Both the position numbers and the translations under genes were made by a program. Source: a virus (Duplodnaviria > Caudoviricetes). Taken from it: a stretch of DNA of 64,000 bases. Below the pieces are notes generated by a model, which saw only the letters and a program-made list of their open reading frames with translations, was not told the origin of the DNA and did not search any database. Position 1 is the stretch's first letter. Every line of letters begins with the position of its first letter. Below are positions 61,083 through 64,000 of the stretch, one piece after another. Location of the stretch: positions 32,001 to 96,000 of IMG/VR virus record IMGVR_UViG_3300020577_009322, one strand, 5' to 3'.

Positions 61083-63293
61083 ATGGAAAATTTTAGCTAT
61101 CACGTACCCTTTTATGTGGTTACTGGTGGAATCGACACAGCGGGACATTCATCAGAATTAACAGCTGGTCAAGTTGGTCTGTTTGACAGAGCAACATTTA
61201 GTGTAGCAACAGCTGCAGGAAACGGTAAAGAGCTGTTTTTTGCTCAGGGTGCTATTGGAGGTAAAGATTGGTATGGTCAACCTGTTACCGAATCTCATAA
61301 ATCTCCTTTCTTTTATGGTAAGGATGTTAGTAATATGTACTTATCCCTTCCACAAACTATTCAGAACGAAGAATGGGTTATTGGATTCAATGGTGCTGCG
61401 TCTTCTAAAAGCCTAAAATTTGAGAAAGGTAGAGCAACAAGAGTTAAATTCTTCTTCCACGGAAATCCTATTAATCGTTTCTTTGGAGGTCCAAAAGAGT
61501 ATGTAGTATCATATACACCATCTGAAGATTGTAGTGATCCTTGTGATGGTAATGATTGTCCAGAAGGAATTACTGACTGTCTAACTCATACACAAACATT
61601 AATAGATAGTATTAATACACACACAGAATTAAAGAAATTTGGCGTAACGGCTAAGTTGGTTAACACACCTTATTCTGCAGTAGCTACTAATATGACAAAA
61701 TGGTGTCTTAATGTATGTGATAATGGGGATGTGCAGGCACTTCAGGCTGTAAAAGCTCAGTATCCTTCTCTTTCTATTGTTAGAAAAAGTAGAGTTGGTT
61801 CAACATCAACTTATGAGTTTTGTCAACCAGATGCCCTGGCATGGGAACCAGCTGACTACCGTCAGTCAGGAAGTGTTTCTTTAGCAGTTTGTGGTGTGTG
61901 TCCAGCTGGATCTACATTAACTGCAGGGGCTGATACTTACTTTGTTGATAGAACTGTTACTCCATCTACTGATTTATCAACAGGTGGTGCACAGCAAACT
62001 TATGCTGATTCAGTGGGTACTGCTTATGAAGCAAGCTTAGCTGCTACAATTGCTACAGCTGATGTTAATACTACTACAGATGTTATTACAGAAACTGCTC
62101 ATAATTTTGTTACTGGTCAACCAGTTACTTATGATGATGGTGGTGGTGCTGCAATGACTGGATTAGTAGATAATGCTGTATACTACGTTATTAAATTAAC
62201 AGCAAATACATTTAAGGTAGCTACCACTTTAGCTAATGCTTTAGCTGGAACAGCAATTAATATCACAGGTACAGGTAATAATGCCCAGTCATTTACTCCA
62301 ATCATTACTGCTTCTTTTGTAGCATTAAATGGTTCAGTAGCTCGTGTTAAATTATCAATTGCTCAAGGAGCAACACTTAATACATTACTTGCTGATGAAG
62401 TAAACTTTGAACAATCAGTTGGTGCAACTTGTGTTTTTTCTGCCCCTTCTGATATTGCATGGGTAACTTGTGGAACTGGTATCTCTTCAGAGAGAACAAT
62501 GAAAATTGAAGCTCTTCAAAGAGAGGATTGTAATGGAGGTGATAGATTAGCTGATTTGACATCAATTTTATCAGGTGTTAAAGGAATTAAAATTAATACA
62601 TTAACTAAAATTGCTGGAACAAATTGTGCTGATGATTATACAGTTGTTCAGTCTTCAATTGACTGCTTAGCAGAAGATTGTTTGACAAACAATGTAACTT
62701 TTACTTATGATGAGTTACCAGCATTTGAAAGCAAATATTGGAAACTAGTTCCTCCAGCAGTATCTGCAGATCCTACAAGAAAATGTGGTATTCGTGTTAC
62801 AGCTGGTTATATTGATCCTCAATTTGGTAATTGTTCATTCCAACCAGATGATTTCTATGAAACTGAACCAATTAAAATGGAAGTTTCATTACTTGGTGAG
62901 AATGATAGCAATTGTGATGTAGCTAACTGGCCTTCAGTTCAACAGACAAGAGTTGGTAGAACAGCAAGACAATCAGGTGAATGGGTAGTAAGAGAAGTTA
63001 TCATGAAAACTGATGCCTATCTTAAACACATTAATCAATATTCTTCTGATCCAAGAATGAGAGAAGCATTTGATCAGAATTTGTTAGGAATGGTTGATAG
63101 AAAAGCTTTTTATAAACTATACTATATTACTTATTCTGCTAGTTATGGTCACTCTTTCAGAAAAAATGAGCAAGAGAAGTTTACTACTATCTTTGCTTTC
63201 AAAGAAACAGATCCAACCGTTGCTAGTTTTGAAACTAACATCATTGATGTTCTTACTGGAAAATCTGGTGTAGTTCTTCACGTAAACAGTTAA
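61083..63293 (+). CDS. Cys-rich virion structural protein with an inserted beta-rich domain
   Basis: 736 aa; AHNFVTGQPVTY...YYVIKLTANTFKVAT insert. Confidence 0.65.
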   Translation: MENFSYHVPFYVVTGGIDTAGHSSELTAGQVGLFDRATFSVATAAGNGKELFFAQGAIGGKDWYGQPVTESHKSPFFYGKDVSNMYLSLPQTIQNEEWVIGFNGAASSKSLKFEKGRATRVKFFFHGNPINRFFGGPKEYVVSYTPSEDCSDPCDGNDCPEGITDCLTHTQTLIDSINTHTELKKFGVTAKLVNTPYSAVATNMTKWCLNVCDNGDVQALQAVKAQYPSLSIVRKSRVGSTSTYEFCQPDALAWEPADYRQSGSVSLAVCGVCPAGSTLTAGADTYFVDRTVTPSTDLSTGGAQQTYADSVGTAYEASLAATIATADVNTTTDVITETAHNFVTGQPVTYDDGGGAAMTGLVDNAVYYVIKLTANTFKVATTLANALAGTAINITGTGNNAQSFTPIITASFVALNGSVARVKLSIAQGATLNTLLADEVNFEQSVGATCVFSAPSDIAWVTCGTGISSERTMKIEALQREDCNGGDRLADLTSILSGVKGIKINTLTKIAGTNCADDYTVVQSSIDCLAEDCLTNNVTFTYDELPAFESKYWKLVPPAVSADPTRKCGIRVTAGYIDPQFGNCSFQPDDFYETEPIKMEVSLLGENDSNCDVANWPSVQQTRVGRTARQSGEWVVREVIMKTDAYLKHINQYSSDPRMREAFDQNLLGMVDRKAFYKLYYITYSASYGHSFRKNEQEKFTTIFAFKETDPTVASFETNIIDVLTGKSGVVLHVNS

Positions 63294-63316
63294 TATCTAA
63301 AATAAAGAAAAGGTTG

Positions 63317-63348
63317 AGCGTGGTAGGCAGTAGTCTGCCACGCTTTTT
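63317..63348 (+). terminator. Intrinsic terminator
   Basis: AGCGTGGTAGGC/GTCTGCCACGCT plus TTTT. Confidence 0.8.
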
Positions 63349-63397
63349 AATTTAGAGAATTATTTTAATTTATCATATTTTTTAACTATATTCTACT

Positions 63398-63961
63398 GTG
63401 AATAGAACTGAATTAAATTTAGATGTAGCTAAATCTTTTAATCTTAAGATTATGAGATTAGTAGATACATCTAATTATTTTGATGGAGAAGAAATAGATA
63501 ACTATTTAATAGAAGTTTTACCAGTAAACAGATCAAAATGGGTAACTTTTAATGTTGCAAAAGATTTTTCACTAGTATTAAATTCTTCTAACTTAGGATA
63601 TCAAAAAGTAGATAAAAGCATAGGATTAGCTGATTTACCAGATGGAATATATGAAATAAAACAATCATATAAACCAAATAGTCAAACGGTTGGTCACTAT
63701 TATCATTTACGTACATCTTCATTAATTCTTAAATATATAGAAGTATTAGGAGAACATTTTTCAGAACAATGTGCCAAGGATAAAAGAACATATAGAGAGG
63801 AAGAAGATTTATTAGTATCTATTAGACAATATATAGAAGCTGCGGAATATATGGTTAGTGAAAAGTTAGATAAAGATTCTGGAATCAAATTTTATAATCA
63901 GGCAGTAGATTTAATAAAAAAACTAGAAGATGACTGTGGATGTAGACCTGTTAAAAGATAG
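63398..63961 (+). CDS. Conserved structural-module protein
   Basis: DLPDGIYEIKQS motif. Confidence 0.6.
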   Translation: MNRTELNLDVAKSFNLKIMRLVDTSNYFDGEEIDNYLIEVLPVNRSKWVTFNVAKDFSLVLNSSNLGYQKVDKSIGLADLPDGIYEIKQSYKPNSQTVGHYYHLRTSSLILKYIEVLGEHFSEQCAKDKRTYREEEDLLVSIRQYIEAAEYMVSEKLDKDSGIKFYNQAVDLIKKLEDDCGCRPVKR

Positions 63962-64000
63962 ATTTGTCACTGAAATGGCAAATAAATATAATCAAGAGAT

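Noticed and set aside
43658-63961. Genome-wide stop-codon reassignment as in some crAss-like phages
   Set aside because: Terminase, portal, capsid and polymerase are fully open in code 11, and TAG, TGA and TAA all terminate genes normally.

Overview
AT-rich 64-kb segment of a crAss-like (Crassvirales-type) phage. The host is probably Bacteroidota, given the TTTG-N19/20-TAnnTTTG promoters and a DUF1573 gene. The genetic code is standard. Bases 1-43.4 kb run on the minus strand and hold many small early genes plus the replication module: primase, AAA_24 ATPase, SF2 and DnaB helicases, family-B DNA polymerase, ATP-dependent ligase, two MoxR-AAA/vWA pairs and GIY-YIG endonucleases. Bases 43.6-64 kb run on the plus strand: a BCS1-like AAA, IHF-like protein, PD-(D/E)XK nuclease, terminase, HNH, portal, major capsid and further structural genes. 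The ORF track misses most of the unusual content, which is RNA. It includes two group I introns that split one MoxR ATPase at its Walker A and Walker B motifs, a tmRNA with a 25-residue tag, and one normal tRNA-Arg. It also includes several non-canonical tRNA-shaped elements: a circularly permuted tRNA-like RNA with CUA at the anticodon position, a tRNA-Ile with an 86-nt hairpin in its D-loop, two aberrant tRNAs and two mini acceptor/T-arm elements. A ~480-nt GNRA-rich ncRNA candidate and two multi-hairpin RNA candidates are also present. Two short peptide motifs (YLFPPI; SxDxEMxxLG) recur across small proteins. Short bacterial-looking fragments and three single in-frame stops suggest the assembly may contain chimeras or errors. 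All calls are by eye; no searches were run.
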